From NCBI GenBank assembly GCA_965217895.1, contig CBDCJV010000002.1, positions 3,040,001-3,104,000 of the forward strand: a DNA stretch of 64,000 bases, written 5' to 3'. A model generated the notes under the pieces. It worked only from the letters and a program-made list of their open reading frames with translations. It was not told where the DNA came from and did not search any database. Source of the DNA: Waterburya sp. Its GTDB lineage: Bacteria; Cyanobacteriota; Cyanobacteriia; Cyanobacteriales; Xenococcaceae. Position 1 is the first letter of the stretch. The number at the start of each line of letters is the position of its first letter. This document shows, in pieces, positions 11,612-21,988 of this stretch. A program made the translations under genes and the position numbers.

Positions 11612-12169
11612 TTAATTAGATCTAGTTTGGGGCATCGCTGTAATAATTGTTTTTCCATCTAAAACTAAAACTATGTCTCCTTGTCTTAACCAATATCCTT
11701 GTAAAAAAGGTTGAATTTGCCTGGTTGTTATTGAACTTGAGGCTGATTGAATCGCCTCGATATCGCACATTTCTATATCTTCTACAGAGTCAATAACTAA
11801 GCCAAGATGAATATTATTTTCAGGCTCAGCTTTAGTTTTTTCTTTGTTAGGAGATAGAACAATTACTGGATGATTAGAAAGATTTAATTCTTGTTGATAC
11901 TCAGACTCAAGACCAATTAAGCGTCCTAAATCCACCATCCAAAGAATATCTCCTCGCCAGTTATAAACACCCATAACCCAAGCTGGCAGATGGGGAATTG
12001 CTACAATCTGACCAAGCTGAATTTTCAAAATTTCTGTAATCTGCCTAATTGGTAGCATTACTTGAGTATCTGAATGAAGACAAAATCTTAAAAACTGTTC
12101 TTCTTTGCTTTTGCTTGCAAGCTGCTTAGGAGAATTTGATAAGCTGACTTTAGAAAATAAATCAGACAC
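11612..12169 (-). CDS. pixI: CheW-like protein PixI
   Basis: IPHLPAWVMGVYNWRGDILWMVDL CheW motif; operon position. Confidence 0.85.
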   Translation of the reverse strand: MSDLFSKVSLSNSPKQLASKSKEEQFLRFCLHSDTQVMLPIRQITEILKIQLGQIVAIPHLPAWVMGVYNWRGDILWMVDLGRLIGLESEYQQELNLSNHPVIVLSPNKEKTKAEPENNIHLGLVIDSVEDIEMCDIEAIQSASSSITTRQIQPFLQGYWLRQGDIVLVLDGKTIITAMPQTRSN

Positions 12170-12223
12170 AACTATAAATTATTAAGTATTTTTTTACCTT
12201 GGTTTTGCTAGAGAAAAACGCCT

Positions 12224-12586
12224 TTAAGAAATTAAGTTTTTCACTGTACGAATCAATTCTTCTTGATCTATTGGTTTAGGAATATAAGCATCAGCACCCT
12301 GCTTTTTGCCCCAAAATTTATCCATTTCTGTACCCTTTGTAGAACAAAGAATAATCGGTATTTTACTGGTATTTGCCGAAGTTTTGAGTTGGCGACAAAT
12401 TTCAAAACCGCTACGTCCTGGTAAAACGATATCTAAGACAATTAAATCAGGACAATTTTGCTCAATTTTTTCTAATGCCTCTTCTCCACTCAAAGCAACG
12501 GATATATTGATTCCAACTTCTTTTAAACACCCTGTAATAATTGACCTCTCCGTAGCCGAGTCATCAACAATCAATGTATATCCCAT
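12224..12586 (-). CDS. pixH: CheY-like response regulator PixH
   Basis: Single receiver; DIVLPG, DKFWGKKQGADAYIPKP. Confidence 0.85.
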   Translation of the reverse strand: MGYTLIVDDSATERSIITGCLKEVGINISVALSGEEALEKIEQNCPDLIVLDIVLPGRSGFEICRQLKTSANTSKIPIILCSTKGTEMDKFWGKKQGADAYIPKPIDQEELIRTVKNLIS

Positions 12587-12787
12587 AATAATTGTTATTC
12601 CCAGTTATTGATAATTGTGCTGAATTGTTAGCGGTTGTCGTTTCATACTTTTAAATTAAACAGATTATATTTTTTGTGGACAATACATATAGTTCCCTTT
12701 AAGAGAATCAAATTAACAATAAGTAAAAACTGCTTAATATTTTCTCTTGCCACACAGTAAGTTTCTTGCTAAAGAAATATTGTTCGC

Positions 12788-13990
12788 TTAACTTTTCTTT
12801 TGAACTACATATTTATTAATAGTTTCTAAAACCTGTTCTGGTTGAGCAGGTTTAGTCAAAAAGTCAGTTGAGCCTACCATTTTGGCTCTAACTCGATCGA
12901 CAATGCCATCATTACCTGTAAGAATGACGATGGGAGTGCTTTTAAAAAAAGACAGTTTGCGTAGCTGAGAACAAATTTCATAGCCGTTAGTATTAGGCAT
13001 GACTAGATCTAAAAAAATCAAATCTGGTTTACGACTGAGCAAAACCGCGATCGCTCTTAAGCCATCCATTTCCTGCACAAATTGATATCCAGCTTCGGTG
13101 ATAATGCTCTCCATTGTTTGACAGATAACTGGACTGTCATCAATACAGGCAATGGTTACACGACGAGGAGTCTTGGTTTTAAATAGTTTTTGGGCAACTG
13201 GCGCAGATACGGGAGGCGCAATATCGCCAACTTCACCTAGCTGTACTAGACCTAGCTGAATATATGGCAGTAAAGAGCGCGTTACGGTAACTACGTCTCG
13301 CTTCATCCGCACACTTAGATCCCGCAGAGTTTGTTGACCATCTAACAGTTGAGTCAGATTTTGATAAATTTGGGCAGAAGTTCTTTTCTGTAAAGCTTCT
13401 GGCTGACGAATGATTGGAGCCATATCAGGAGAGCGATCGGCTACTTTAGCATCTTGCCAAGCTGAATACAGCTTGTTTGCTTCTTTGATAACTTGTTCGG
13501 CATCAATCAAAATCAACCTAGTGGTTAGTAAATTGTCTTTGATTGATTCACAAGTCACATTCATTGCTTGGGTTACATCAAACAAAATTTCAATTACCGT
13601 AGCCGTAATTGCTTTGGTAGCCTGATCGCGACTAATTTTGTTTTGGTCGATCCAAACCGATAAAAGCTGATACTCCCAAGAGATTCTTGATTCTTCTTGA
13701 GCAATATTAGCCAAAGCTAACTGAATTTCATCGACATGAGCTAATCTTTCTGGACAATAAGCAACAACGTGTCTTCTCCATCTTCTAACGGGGTGTATTC
13801 CGCCGCTAGCGTATACAATACGCCCTAAATATAGATAAAATACCCAAGCGCGATTTTGAGTATCGGAGATGACTAACTGACCACTAAACCGAGATTCTTT
13901 GAGAGACTCAAAAAGTTCAATTTGTTTAGTAGCCGTAAAGTGTTGAATATGAGTCCGAGTATGACCAGCTCCAGTTTTGGCAGTCGTCAT
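12788..13990 (-). CDS. pixG: PatA-family response regulator PixG
   Basis: PATAN N-terminus (LYLGRIVYASGGIHPVRRWRR) plus C-terminal REC; first gene of the cluster. Confidence 0.85.
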   Translation of the reverse strand: MTTAKTGAGHTRTHIQHFTATKQIELFESLKESRFSGQLVISDTQNRAWVFYLYLGRIVYASGGIHPVRRWRRHVVAYCPERLAHVDEIQLALANIAQEESRISWEYQLLSVWIDQNKISRDQATKAITATVIEILFDVTQAMNVTCESIKDNLLTTRLILIDAEQVIKEANKLYSAWQDAKVADRSPDMAPIIRQPEALQKRTSAQIYQNLTQLLDGQQTLRDLSVRMKRDVVTVTRSLLPYIQLGLVQLGEVGDIAPPVSAPVAQKLFKTKTPRRVTIACIDDSPVICQTMESIITEAGYQFVQEMDGLRAIAVLLSRKPDLIFLDLVMPNTNGYEICSQLRKLSFFKSTPIVILTGNDGIVDRVRAKMVGSTDFLTKPAQPEQVLETINKYVVQKKS

Positions 13991-14447
13991 TATAAACTTC
14001 CTCGTATAAAGTAATCGCAGTTTACTAACAAAATGCTGCTCAACGCTATTGCGGTTGAAATAAGGATTTTTTAGTAAATATTTTAGGTGTAGTTGCTTCT
14101 TATCAAATATTGATAAAAAACCTATGTTGCGATCTCAAATTAAATTAAGCTAATCTCAATTCTATAGTTCCCCAAAATTCAGGTAATGCGATCAAATTTA
14201 TCAATATTTTTTCTTTAACTATCTGAGATTACGCAGCTAAACGATACTAAAATCTGTTCGGATAGAAAACTTTAAGGTTAGAGGTTAGAAGAGCTATAGC
14301 TATTTTAAGCAAAGAGTGCTTTGACGGTGAGGGACGCGAAGGTTTGTGACTCTTGTTCAATCGCCGTGTTATCAATCGGATTTAGCATTAGTTAGAAGCC
14401 TAGTTAAGAAAAAAATCTAATTTCACCAAGAATTTAATTTTTTCCAG

Positions 14448-16364
14448 CTACTTAGCTAAAGCTTTATCATGACGTGGCGATCGCATTTCGAGATAAACCA
14501 ACAAAGCATTGACATCCGCTGGATTGACTCCACCAATGCGGGTTGCCTGACCAATGGTCAAAGGCTTGACCTGATTGAGTTTTTCTCTTGCCTCTATCCG
14601 TAGAGTTTCCACCGTGAGATAGTCTAAATCTTGGGGTAATCTGCGCTGGGTATGACGGCTAATTTGTTCGATTTGGGTTTGTTGACGTTTGATATAGCCA
14701 GAATATTTAATGTCAATTTCTGCCCCTTCTGTCTCGGCTATATTTAATTCAGCATTATCCAGCCCATAGTTTTGCAAATCAGCATAATGAAACTTGGGAC
14801 GGCGCAACAACTCAGCTAGAGTAATCGATCCTTTGATATTTTGCTGAGTTTCGCTGGCGATCGCCATTCCTACTGTATCTTGTTCTTTAATGCGAGTAGC
14901 TTCTAGCCTTGCTTTTTCGGCTGTAATTTTTTCTTGTTTGTCGGCATATAGCTGCCAACGGCGATCATCGATTAAGCCTATTTCTCTACCCAAGGGAGTT
15001 AAACGGCGATCGGCATTATCAGAACGCAAAATCAGACGATATTCTGAACGACTAGTTAACATCCGATAGGGTTCACGCAGATCTTTAGTACACAAATCGT
15101 CAATCAGCGTCCCCAGGTAACTTTGTTCCCTAGAGAAAATTACCTCTGGTTCACCTCTAATAAATTTAACGGCGTTAATACCCGCAACCAAACCCTGTGC
15201 TGCTGCTTCTTCATAGCCCGTTGTACCGTTTATTTGCCCTGCGCTAAATAACCCCTCAACTTTTTTGGTCATCAAGGTAGGATAACACTGAGTAGCGGGC
15301 AAAAAGTCATACTCCACCGCATAGGCAGGACGTAGCATGGCGCAGTTTTCCAGTCCTGGTAGAGTTCTAAGCATTGCTAACTGCAATTTTTCGGGCAATC
15401 CTGTAGAAAATCCTTGGATATATAGTTCAGGAATATCTCTGCCTTCTGGCTCAATAAAAATCTGATGGCTTTCTTTATCGGCAAAACGAACAATTTTATC
15501 TTCGATACTAGGACAGTAACGAGGGCCTTTCGCATCTACCCAACCACCATACACAGGAGACAGATGCAAATTATCGCGAATGATTTTATGAGTTTCGGCG
15601 GTGGTACGAGTTAGATAGCAGTTCATTTGCTCTCTTTTTACCCAGGCTGTGGGGTCAAAACTAAACCAGCGCACTATCTCATCTCCTGGCTGTGCCTGCA
15701 TTTTGCCATAGTCTACCGATCGCCGATCAACCCTGGCGGGAGTTCCAGTTTTTAGTCTGCTGGTTTCAAAACCCAACTGATTCAAGGTTTCGGTTAGACC
15801 TGTAACGGCAAACTCCCCCGAACGTCCTGCGTCCATGGATTTATTGCCCACCCAAATTTTTCCGCCTAAAAACGTTCCTGTAGTGAGAATTACGGCTTTA
15901 GCAGCAAAACAAGTACCAAAGTAAGTCTCAACTCCAATTATTTCATCGTTTTTACCCAGTATTAGATCGGTAACCGTACTTTCGCGAATGTTTAAGTTCT
16001 CTTGATTCTCAACGATTTGCTTCATTACCGCAGCATATTCGCGCTTGTCGGTTTGCGCCCGTAATGCCCAGACCGCAGGACCACGAGAAGCGTTAAGCAC
16101 CCTTTTTTGCAGATAAGTGCGATCGCTGACCTTGCCGATTTCTCCTCCCAGAGCATCAATCTCATGGGTTAACTGAGACTTTGCAGGACCACCAACCGCA
16201 GGATTGCAGGGTTGCCAGGCAATTCTATCTAAGTTAAGAGTTAACATTAAAGTACGACAGCCTAACCTGGCTGCTGCTAAGGCAGCTTCACAGCCTGAAT
16301 GTCCACCGCCGACGACGATAATGTCAAAAGCGTCTTGAAAATCTACGGGATGAGATACGGTCAT
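14448..16364 (-). CDS. mnmG: tRNA uridine-5-carboxymethylaminomethyl modification enzyme MnmG/GidA
   Basis: [47 protein letters not shown]; probable start MTVSHP. Confidence 0.97.
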   Translation of the reverse strand: MTVSHPVDFQDAFDIIVVGGGHSGCEAALAAARLGCRTLMLTLNLDRIAWQPCNPAVGGPAKSQLTHEIDALGGEIGKVSDRTYLQKRVLNASRGPAVWALRAQTDKREYAAVMKQIVENQENLNIRESTVTDLILGKNDEIIGVETYFGTCFAAKAVILTTGTFLGGKIWVGNKSMDAGRSGEFAVTGLTETLNQLGFETSRLKTGTPARVDRRSVDYGKMQAQPGDEIVRWFSFDPTAWVKREQMNCYLTRTTAETHKIIRDNLHLSPVYGGWVDAKGPRYCPSIEDKIVRFADKESHQIFIEPEGRDIPELYIQGFSTGLPEKLQLAMLRTLPGLENCAMLRPAYAVEYDFLPATQCYPTLMTKKVEGLFSAGQINGTTGYEEAAAQGLVAGINAVKFIRGEPEVIFSREQSYLGTLIDDLCTKDLREPYRMLTSRSEYRLILRSDNADRRLTPLGREIGLIDDRRWQLYADKQEKITAEKARLEATRIKEQDTVGMAIASETQQNIKGSITLAELLRRPKFHYADLQNYGLDNAELNIAETEGAEIDIKYSGYIKRQQTQIEQISRHTQRRLPQDLDYLTVETLRIEAREKLNQVKPLTIGQATRIGGVNPADVNALLVYLEMRSPRHDKALAK

Positions 16365-16432
16365 TTCATTTATCAATTATCATTTGTTTAAAACCGAAAG
16401 TTCAATGCTTCGATGCTTAATGTTCAATGTTC

Positions 16433-17569
16433 TTACCTTGTAGCTTTAGTAGTTTCTACCGTAGTTGAAACCATTGCTGCTATTAAGTGTTCAGCAGATA
16501 CGCTAAAAGGTAAGCGATGAATATCCGATCGAGGCTGAGTGGCGATAATTGCTACTTTGCGTAGTTGAGCCAAACTAACATTACTTAATCCTAAATCTTC
16601 TAAAGTTTTGGGCAGACCAATTTCGGTATAAAACTTAATTAGCTGTTGCCTAGATGATGCTGCTAAAAGATTACCCTGCACCATTTCTTCTAAGCGTAAC
16701 TGAACTAGAATACCGTAGGCTACCTTTTCTCCATGCAGTACATCGTGAGCTTCTAGAAGATGAGTCAAGCCATTATGAACCGCGTGAGCAGCTACAGTTC
16801 GACATTCTGCTCCCCCAAGACCGCCGATTACCCCTGCCAGTAAGACTGTAGCGTCAACTACCTCGCGCCATTCATTACTATCAGGTTTTTGTAAAGCGAT
16901 CGCCGATTTTTGGAATAATATATCCCGCAAAATTCGCGCCTGCTGTACCGCTGAAATTAACAGAGTAGCGGAAGATTCTCCACTACTAACTGAAGCCTCA
17001 TACCATTTGGCGATCGCATCGCCAATGCCTGCAACCAAAGTTCTTTGAGGAGCAGTACGCACCAAACTATAATCTAGAATCAAAAGCTCAGGACAACGGC
17101 TAAGAGTTACATCATACTCAAACGCTCCCGCTTCAGAATAAATATTTGATAAAGCCGTCCAGGCTGCACAGGTAGCTCCCGAAGTGGGGATAGTAACTAT
17201 CGGTAAATTACACTGATGAGCTAATAATTTTGCCGTATCTAAGGCTTTGCCACCGCCAACACCAATAACTAGATCCGCCTGATGTTTTGTGGCTAGATTT
17301 TCTAATTTGATCAGTGAGGACTCAGCACAATCTGGACTGTAGCTGGCAGATTGGCTAATTAGTTTCTCAGCCTTCAGTATAGGCTCTAGAAAAGGCTTGA
17401 TAGTCTTCAGGGTATTATTACCGCCTACCAGCAAAGGACGCACGCCCAATTTGGCAATTTCTTGACCTGAGTTTGCCAAACAATGTTCACCTCGCAGCAC
17501 CCGTGCAGGAGAGATGGCTAAAGGAGTATAGCTAATTGCTGTTTTATTTGCTGCTGCGGTTTTGCTCAT
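16433..17569 (-). CDS. gldA: Iron-containing alcohol dehydrogenase / glycerol dehydrogenase family
   Basis: GVGGGKALDTAK, GIGDAIAKWYE, AHAVHNGLT, HGEKVAYG. Confidence 0.8.
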   Translation of the reverse strand: MSKTAAANKTAISYTPLAISPARVLRGEHCLANSGQEIAKLGVRPLLVGGNNTLKTIKPFLEPILKAEKLISQSASYSPDCAESSLIKLENLATKHQADLVIGVGGGKALDTAKLLAHQCNLPIVTIPTSGATCAAWTALSNIYSEAGAFEYDVTLSRCPELLILDYSLVRTAPQRTLVAGIGDAIAKWYEASVSSGESSATLLISAVQQARILRDILFQKSAIALQKPDSNEWREVVDATVLLAGVIGGLGGAECRTVAAHAVHNGLTHLLEAHDVLHGEKVAYGILVQLRLEEMVQGNLLAASSRQQLIKFYTEIGLPKTLEDLGLSNVSLAQLRKVAIIATQPRSDIHRLPFSVSAEHLIAAMVSTTVETTKATR

Positions 17570-17580
17570 GTCTGCTTCAA

Positions 17581-18105
17581 TTAAGTATTTTTAGCTGTCG
17601 GTAGCTTATTTATATTTTGAGAGAACACGTTAATTTCAATATCTTTGTCTTCTCTAGTAATTAGCGATCGCTTTGCTTCGCCTAAAAACAGAGGTTGAGA
17701 AACACCCGTCTGAGGATGTAAAACAGTTCTCAATTTGATCGTAAACTGGTTATTGCCATTTGCGCCAGTCCTACCATAAGAATATAGATCTGAGGCTGCC
17801 TGAAGCAAGGTCGGTTCAATGGCGGATTTCTCTATATCTGGGGCTACGGCTACTACGGCTTGATTTGCCCCATTATCGTAAATTAAGGAATAGCGTGCTG
17901 CACCAGGAATGTCTGCATGGGGAAATAAACCTAAACCCAGGGCAAATATTCCAGTTGTGAGAACTCCCATAAAGCTGGTAACACCTACAAGACGAAAGCG
18001 AAACCCCCACTTGACGACAAAAGATACAATTGCTATCAGAAGGCAAACAATAGTCGCAACGCCTGACCATTTGGCATAAAAGAAAATATCAGTTGGCAAT
18101 GTCAT
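17581..18105 (-). CDS. ycf51: Ycf51 / DUF2518 family membrane protein
   Basis: WGFRFRLVGVTSF, YDNGANQAVV, LRTVLHPQTGVSQP. Confidence 0.8.
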   Translation of the reverse strand: MTLPTDIFFYAKWSGVATIVCLLIAIVSFVVKWGFRFRLVGVTSFMGVLTTGIFALGLGLFPHADIPGAARYSLIYDNGANQAVVAVAPDIEKSAIEPTLLQAASDLYSYGRTGANGNNQFTIKLRTVLHPQTGVSQPLFLGEAKRSLITREDKDIEINVFSQNINKLPTAKNT

Positions 18106-18152
18106 ATTAGGTTATTAAATAATCTGGTAGATATAATCTAGAGCTACAAGAT

Positions 18153-18193
18153 AAAAAATAGGCATCGATAGCCTTAGCTAGTCGATACCTATT
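18153..18193 (-). terminator. Probable intrinsic terminator
   Basis: Imperfect stem AATAGGTATCGACTAGC/GCTATCGATGCCTATT followed by a T-run on the minus strand, downstream of 18340-18759. Confidence 0.55.
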
Positions 18194-18339
18194 ATCTTGA
18201 TATGGAAATAATATCAGTTAGATGGTCAGATTGCTTAAAATCAACTAAAAATTACTAGACAATTAAAATTTATTTGCTTTTTGCTTCGAGGAACTTTGTT
18301 CTTGAAATCTTTGATAGCATTACTAGCATCCCTCGTACT

Positions 18340-18759
18340 TTAATTTGCGCCATCATTTTTCATAGAATCTCCAGTATCTTTCATAGCACCGCCAGTATCT
18401 TGCATGGCACCGCCAGCTTTATCTTTCATGGCATCTCCAGTATCATTCATAGCATCTCCAGCGTCATTTGCACCATCTTTCATGGCACCTCCAGCATCGT
18501 TTACGGCATCGCCAGTGGCATCACCAGCGTCGTTTACAGCATCTCCAGCAGCATCACCAGCATTGTTTACAGCATCGCCAGTGGCATTTCCAGCGTCGTT
18601 TACAGCATCGCCAGTGGCATTTCCAGCATCATTAACGGCACCTCCAGCGTCATTTGCTGCACCGTCTACCCCATTAGGGGTTTCTGTTTTGTCTGCACAG
18701 GCTCCAAATAAAAGAGATAGAGCAACAAACATGGGAATGGCGATAGTTTTAATATTCAT
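18340..18759 (-). CDS. Lipoprotein with LEA-like 11-residue repeats
   Basis: Signal peptide with lipobox (FGAC); tandem DAGNATGDAVN-type 11-mers (33-bp units). Confidence 0.8.
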   Translation of the reverse strand: MNIKTIAIPMFVALSLLFGACADKTETPNGVDGAANDAGGAVNDAGNATGDAVNDAGNATGDAVNNAGDAAGDAVNDAGDATGDAVNDAGGAMKDGANDAGDAMNDTGDAMKDKAGGAMQDTGGAMKDTGDSMKNDGAN

Positions 18760-18853
18760 AAATTAATACCAAAAAAATTACTAGACAACTTAAGTGATAC
18801 TCGATAATTCCGATAGAGTCAAAGGAAGATTAAATTTTTGTTGTTAGGCTGAT

Positions 18854-19822
18854 TTAACCTCGCCCAACTTCAGCAAAAATTTCCGCCAGTATATCACCTG
18901 CTCCTTGTTCCCGCAATTTAGCTGCCAAATCTTTGCCCAGTTGCTCGCAATTGTGACGCTCACCGCTTACGGTGTCTTTAATCAGTCTCAATCCATCTAG
19001 ACTAGCTACCATTCCTTTGATAGTTAAATTATTATTTTCAATGCTAGTATTAACGCCGATTGGCACTTGGCAACCGCCTTCTAGCTCTCTTAAAAACGAT
19101 CTTTCTGCCAAAGCGCGATCGCAACTGTCGGCATCTTCTAATACTTTTAAGATCTTCAAAATTTCTTCATCGCCTGCACGACATTCAATACCCAATGCAC
19201 CTTGTCCCACTGCATGAAGCGAAATTTCAGGAGAAATAATTTGGTGAATGCGATCGCTCATATCTAATCGCTGTAAACCAGCTACAGCCAAAATTATTCC
19301 GTCATACTCACCCGCGTCTAATTTGGCTAAACGAGTATTGACATTGCCGCGAATATCCTTGAATTCTAAATGGGGATAGCTGTGTCGTAGCTGTGCCAAA
19401 CGTCTGAGGGAAGACGTTCCAATTACCGCACCAGCAGGAAGAGTTTCTAGCTTTTTATCCTTATTTTTTTCATTAACTGCCAAAGCATCGGCAGGATCTT
19501 CTCTTTTAGTTATACAACCTAGCATCAATCCTTCTGGTAAATTAGTCGGCAGATCCTTGAGGGAATGCACCGCAAAATCCGTTTGATTATTGAGCATTCC
19601 CGTTTCTAGCTCTTTAGTAAACAAACCTTTGTCGCCGATTTTTGCCAAAGGAACATCCAGAATTTTATCCCCTTGAGTACTCATTTTTTCGACTTCAAAT
19701 TCAAGATTGGGAAAATGTTTTTCTAACTCGGCTTTTACCCAGTAAGTTTGCACTAAAGCAAGCTGGCTTTTTCGTGTGCCGATGCGCACAGTGCGTTTAG
19801 AAGTTTCAATTGAGGATGTCAT
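18854..19822 (-). CDS. hemC: Hydroxymethylbilane synthase (porphobilinogen deaminase)
   Basis: [37 protein letters not shown]. Confidence 0.97.
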   Translation of the reverse strand: MTSSIETSKRTVRIGTRKSQLALVQTYWVKAELEKHFPNLEFEVEKMSTQGDKILDVPLAKIGDKGLFTKELETGMLNNQTDFAVHSLKDLPTNLPEGLMLGCITKREDPADALAVNEKNKDKKLETLPAGAVIGTSSLRRLAQLRHSYPHLEFKDIRGNVNTRLAKLDAGEYDGIILAVAGLQRLDMSDRIHQIISPEISLHAVGQGALGIECRAGDEEILKILKVLEDADSCDRALAERSFLRELEGGCQVPIGVNTSIENNNLTIKGMVASLDGLRLIKDTVSGERHNCEQLGKDLAAKLREQGAGDILAEIFAEVGRG

Positions 19823-20089
19823 AAACAGTATCTTAAAAAAATCTAATAAATCAACCCGATCTAGGGTATCGCAGTTCCTGTAAACCTATTGATTAATTTT
19901 TGTTTTTATCTAACTTTATACTAAATCCGATTAGAAAAAATATCTTCAATAATAAGTTCGTAGTATGTAGTTCGTCGTTGGTAGTAAAAAAACGACGAAC
20001 TACATACTAACCACTACTTACTACTTGAAAGTTAAGTAACCTATTGGAATAAGATTTAGTATTACCTCAAAGCTTTTCCTAACTTGAGA

Positions 20090-20941
20090 TTAATAACCAT
20101 AGCGATCGCTTTTGTTGATGATTAATAGTTGAAATCCTTTTTGCCGATGGAATTCCTGCCAAATAAGATCGTCAGTAGCTAACTGCAAATATTTTTTTGG
20201 ATAAAGATCGATCGCTTTTTCTAAACTCATGATTGCCCAATTATGATTATGCAGTTGAGCATAGCAACAAGCAAGCTGATACCAAGCTGGATCGAAGCGA
20301 TCGTCGAGTTCTAGAGCTTGATTGTAATTATAAATAGCCTGCTGATATTGCTTCTTCTGCTGTAAAACCCTACCTTTTTGATACCAAGTCCAGTAATCAT
20401 CAGCTTCAATATCCAAAGCTTGATCGTAGCTTTGCAAAGCCAGTTCTAATTTACCCCAGTGCTGCTGTGCCTCTCCACGGCGATAAAAAGACCAAAAATC
20501 TTGCGGACGTAACTCTAAAGCCCGATCGTAATATGATATTGCCTGTTCATAATCTTCTAACTTACGCCAAGCTTCGGCAATACGGTAAATTGCCCAGTAA
20601 TCCTGGGGATGAGCAGCTAGAGCTTTAGTAAAGCAAGCGATCGCCTGATCGTATTGGTTTAGTTCAACAAAATAAATATAGCCTTGTTCATACCATGCCC
20701 AATAGTTATTTGGTTCTATCTTGGTAGCATAATCATAACAAGCGATCGCCTCAGAATATTCTCCCAAAGCCTCTAAAACTGCGCCTTTGCGATACCATGA
20801 CCAGTAATCGAGAGGTTTATAGTTTATGGCGCGCTCATAGCTAGTTAATGCTTCTTGATAATAGCCTTCTAAACGTAGCTGATTACCTTGTCGATACCAT
20901 TCGGAATAACTATCTGGACGGCATTCTAGGGGCTGATACAT
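20090..20941 (-). CDS. Tetratricopeptide repeat protein
   Basis: About seven 34-aa TPR repeats (YWSWY..G..L....Y..A...YD.A). Confidence 0.9.
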   Translation of the reverse strand: MYQPLECRPDSYSEWYRQGNQLRLEGYYQEALTSYERAINYKPLDYWSWYRKGAVLEALGEYSEAIACYDYATKIEPNNYWAWYEQGYIYFVELNQYDQAIACFTKALAAHPQDYWAIYRIAEAWRKLEDYEQAISYYDRALELRPQDFWSFYRRGEAQQHWGKLELALQSYDQALDIEADDYWTWYQKGRVLQQKKQYQQAIYNYNQALELDDRFDPAWYQLACCYAQLHNHNWAIMSLEKAIDLYPKKYLQLATDDLIWQEFHRQKGFQLLIINKSDRYGY

Positions 20942-21091
20942 TTTTTACAATGTTTAATTTAATCTAATTTTGATATCTAAAGTGACCTATTTATATCTAA
21001 GCGCAATAGGGAGATAATAAATACTAGAAAAGTTAGGAATTGATAACTATTTTAATTGTGCTTAATGCTTAATCCAAAGGTATTGAAATTA

Positions 21092-21628
21092 CTACACTCG
21101 ATTCAAGATAAAAAAGAATGGTTGGGATATTCTTTTGAAATCCATCAATCCTAATACGGTATTATTATCTACTTTTCTGAAAACATCATTAATAGGCAAG
21201 TAATCGTAAATCATGGTCGCGCTGACTTTATCTCTATATTCCATCATGCGAACTCTAGCTTTACTCTCTTCAGTTTTGAATATCTTATTCATCTGGATAT
21301 AAAAAGGTTTCATTGCCTCATTTCTAGGAATAGGTAAACTAAGTCCAAGATTCATTATGGTAGGATTTGGATCTACCTTGAAAATACTATTACCATCAGA
21401 AAATAGTAAAGGATGGACGCTATCTGCTGAGATGAATTCTTTGCCGTACCAATTAAAAACTTCTAATAAACCATCCATCTGATGATTGGTATGAAAACCA
21501 GATCCCTTCCATTTACCAATCATGAATTCTATGTCTACGGGATCTAAGTCATCAAAGAGTTGTAGCGCGACCTCAGTACTAACATTACCCTGCTGGGCGA
21601 TCGCTTTGGAGATATTTATGGTGTTCAT
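21092..21628 (-). CDS. GXWXG / DUF4334 domain protein
   Basis: MIGKWKG, WYGKEF, ATMIYDYLPINDVFRKVD. Confidence 0.85.
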   Translation of the reverse strand: MNTINISKAIAQQGNVSTEVALQLFDDLDPVDIEFMIGKWKGSGFHTNHQMDGLLEVFNWYGKEFISADSVHPLLFSDGNSIFKVDPNPTIMNLGLSLPIPRNEAMKPFYIQMNKIFKTEESKARVRMMEYRDKVSATMIYDYLPINDVFRKVDNNTVLGLMDFKRISQPFFFILNRV

Positions 21629-21647
21629 GATTTTGCTGGGTATGAAG

Positions 21648-21771
21648 TATAGTCATTCTAAATAGCAGCCAGACTATCTTTGAAAAAAGTAGTAGATAGC
21701 AAATAGCAAATAAGATTTAACTTTACAATTAGTACATAACTATTATAAGGAAATTAATTGGAATGACTATA
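21648..21771. mobile_element. MITE-like element A
   Basis: Terminal inverted repeats TATAGTCATTCTAA / TTGGAATGACTATA; no coding capacity. Confidence 0.55.
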
Positions 21772-21777
21772 ACTTTA

Positions 21778-21915
21778 AGGCGTTGCTGAATCAAGGTATG
21801 ATTTTCAAAATTTTGACTTGATAACGAGTATTTAAAAAGCTGATAGCTAATAGCTAATAGCTGATAGCTACGAGCAGATTACTTAGCAGTTTCATACTTC
21901 AAATCAGCAACGCCT
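21778..21915. mobile_element. MITE-like element B (TIR resembling IS1-type ends) with internal heptamers
   Basis: 24-bp imperfect TIR AGGCGTTGCTGAATCAAGGTATGA / TCATACTTCAAATCAGCAACGCCT; internal TAGCT(A/G)A repeats. Confidence 0.7.
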
Positions 21916-21988
21916 AAAATCATATCTTCTTATCTCTTACCAAGTATCCTAGTTTTCAACCACTAAATAAATTAAATTTCACAGTCCT

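Noticed and set aside
3216..13625. Numerous short plus-strand ORFs within the pix cluster
   Set aside because: Antisense to well-supported genes, with no motifs
18274..18766. Plus-strand ORFs of 145 and 120 aa
   Set aside because: Antisense shadows of the repetitive lipoprotein gene, which has a proper signal peptide and lipobox
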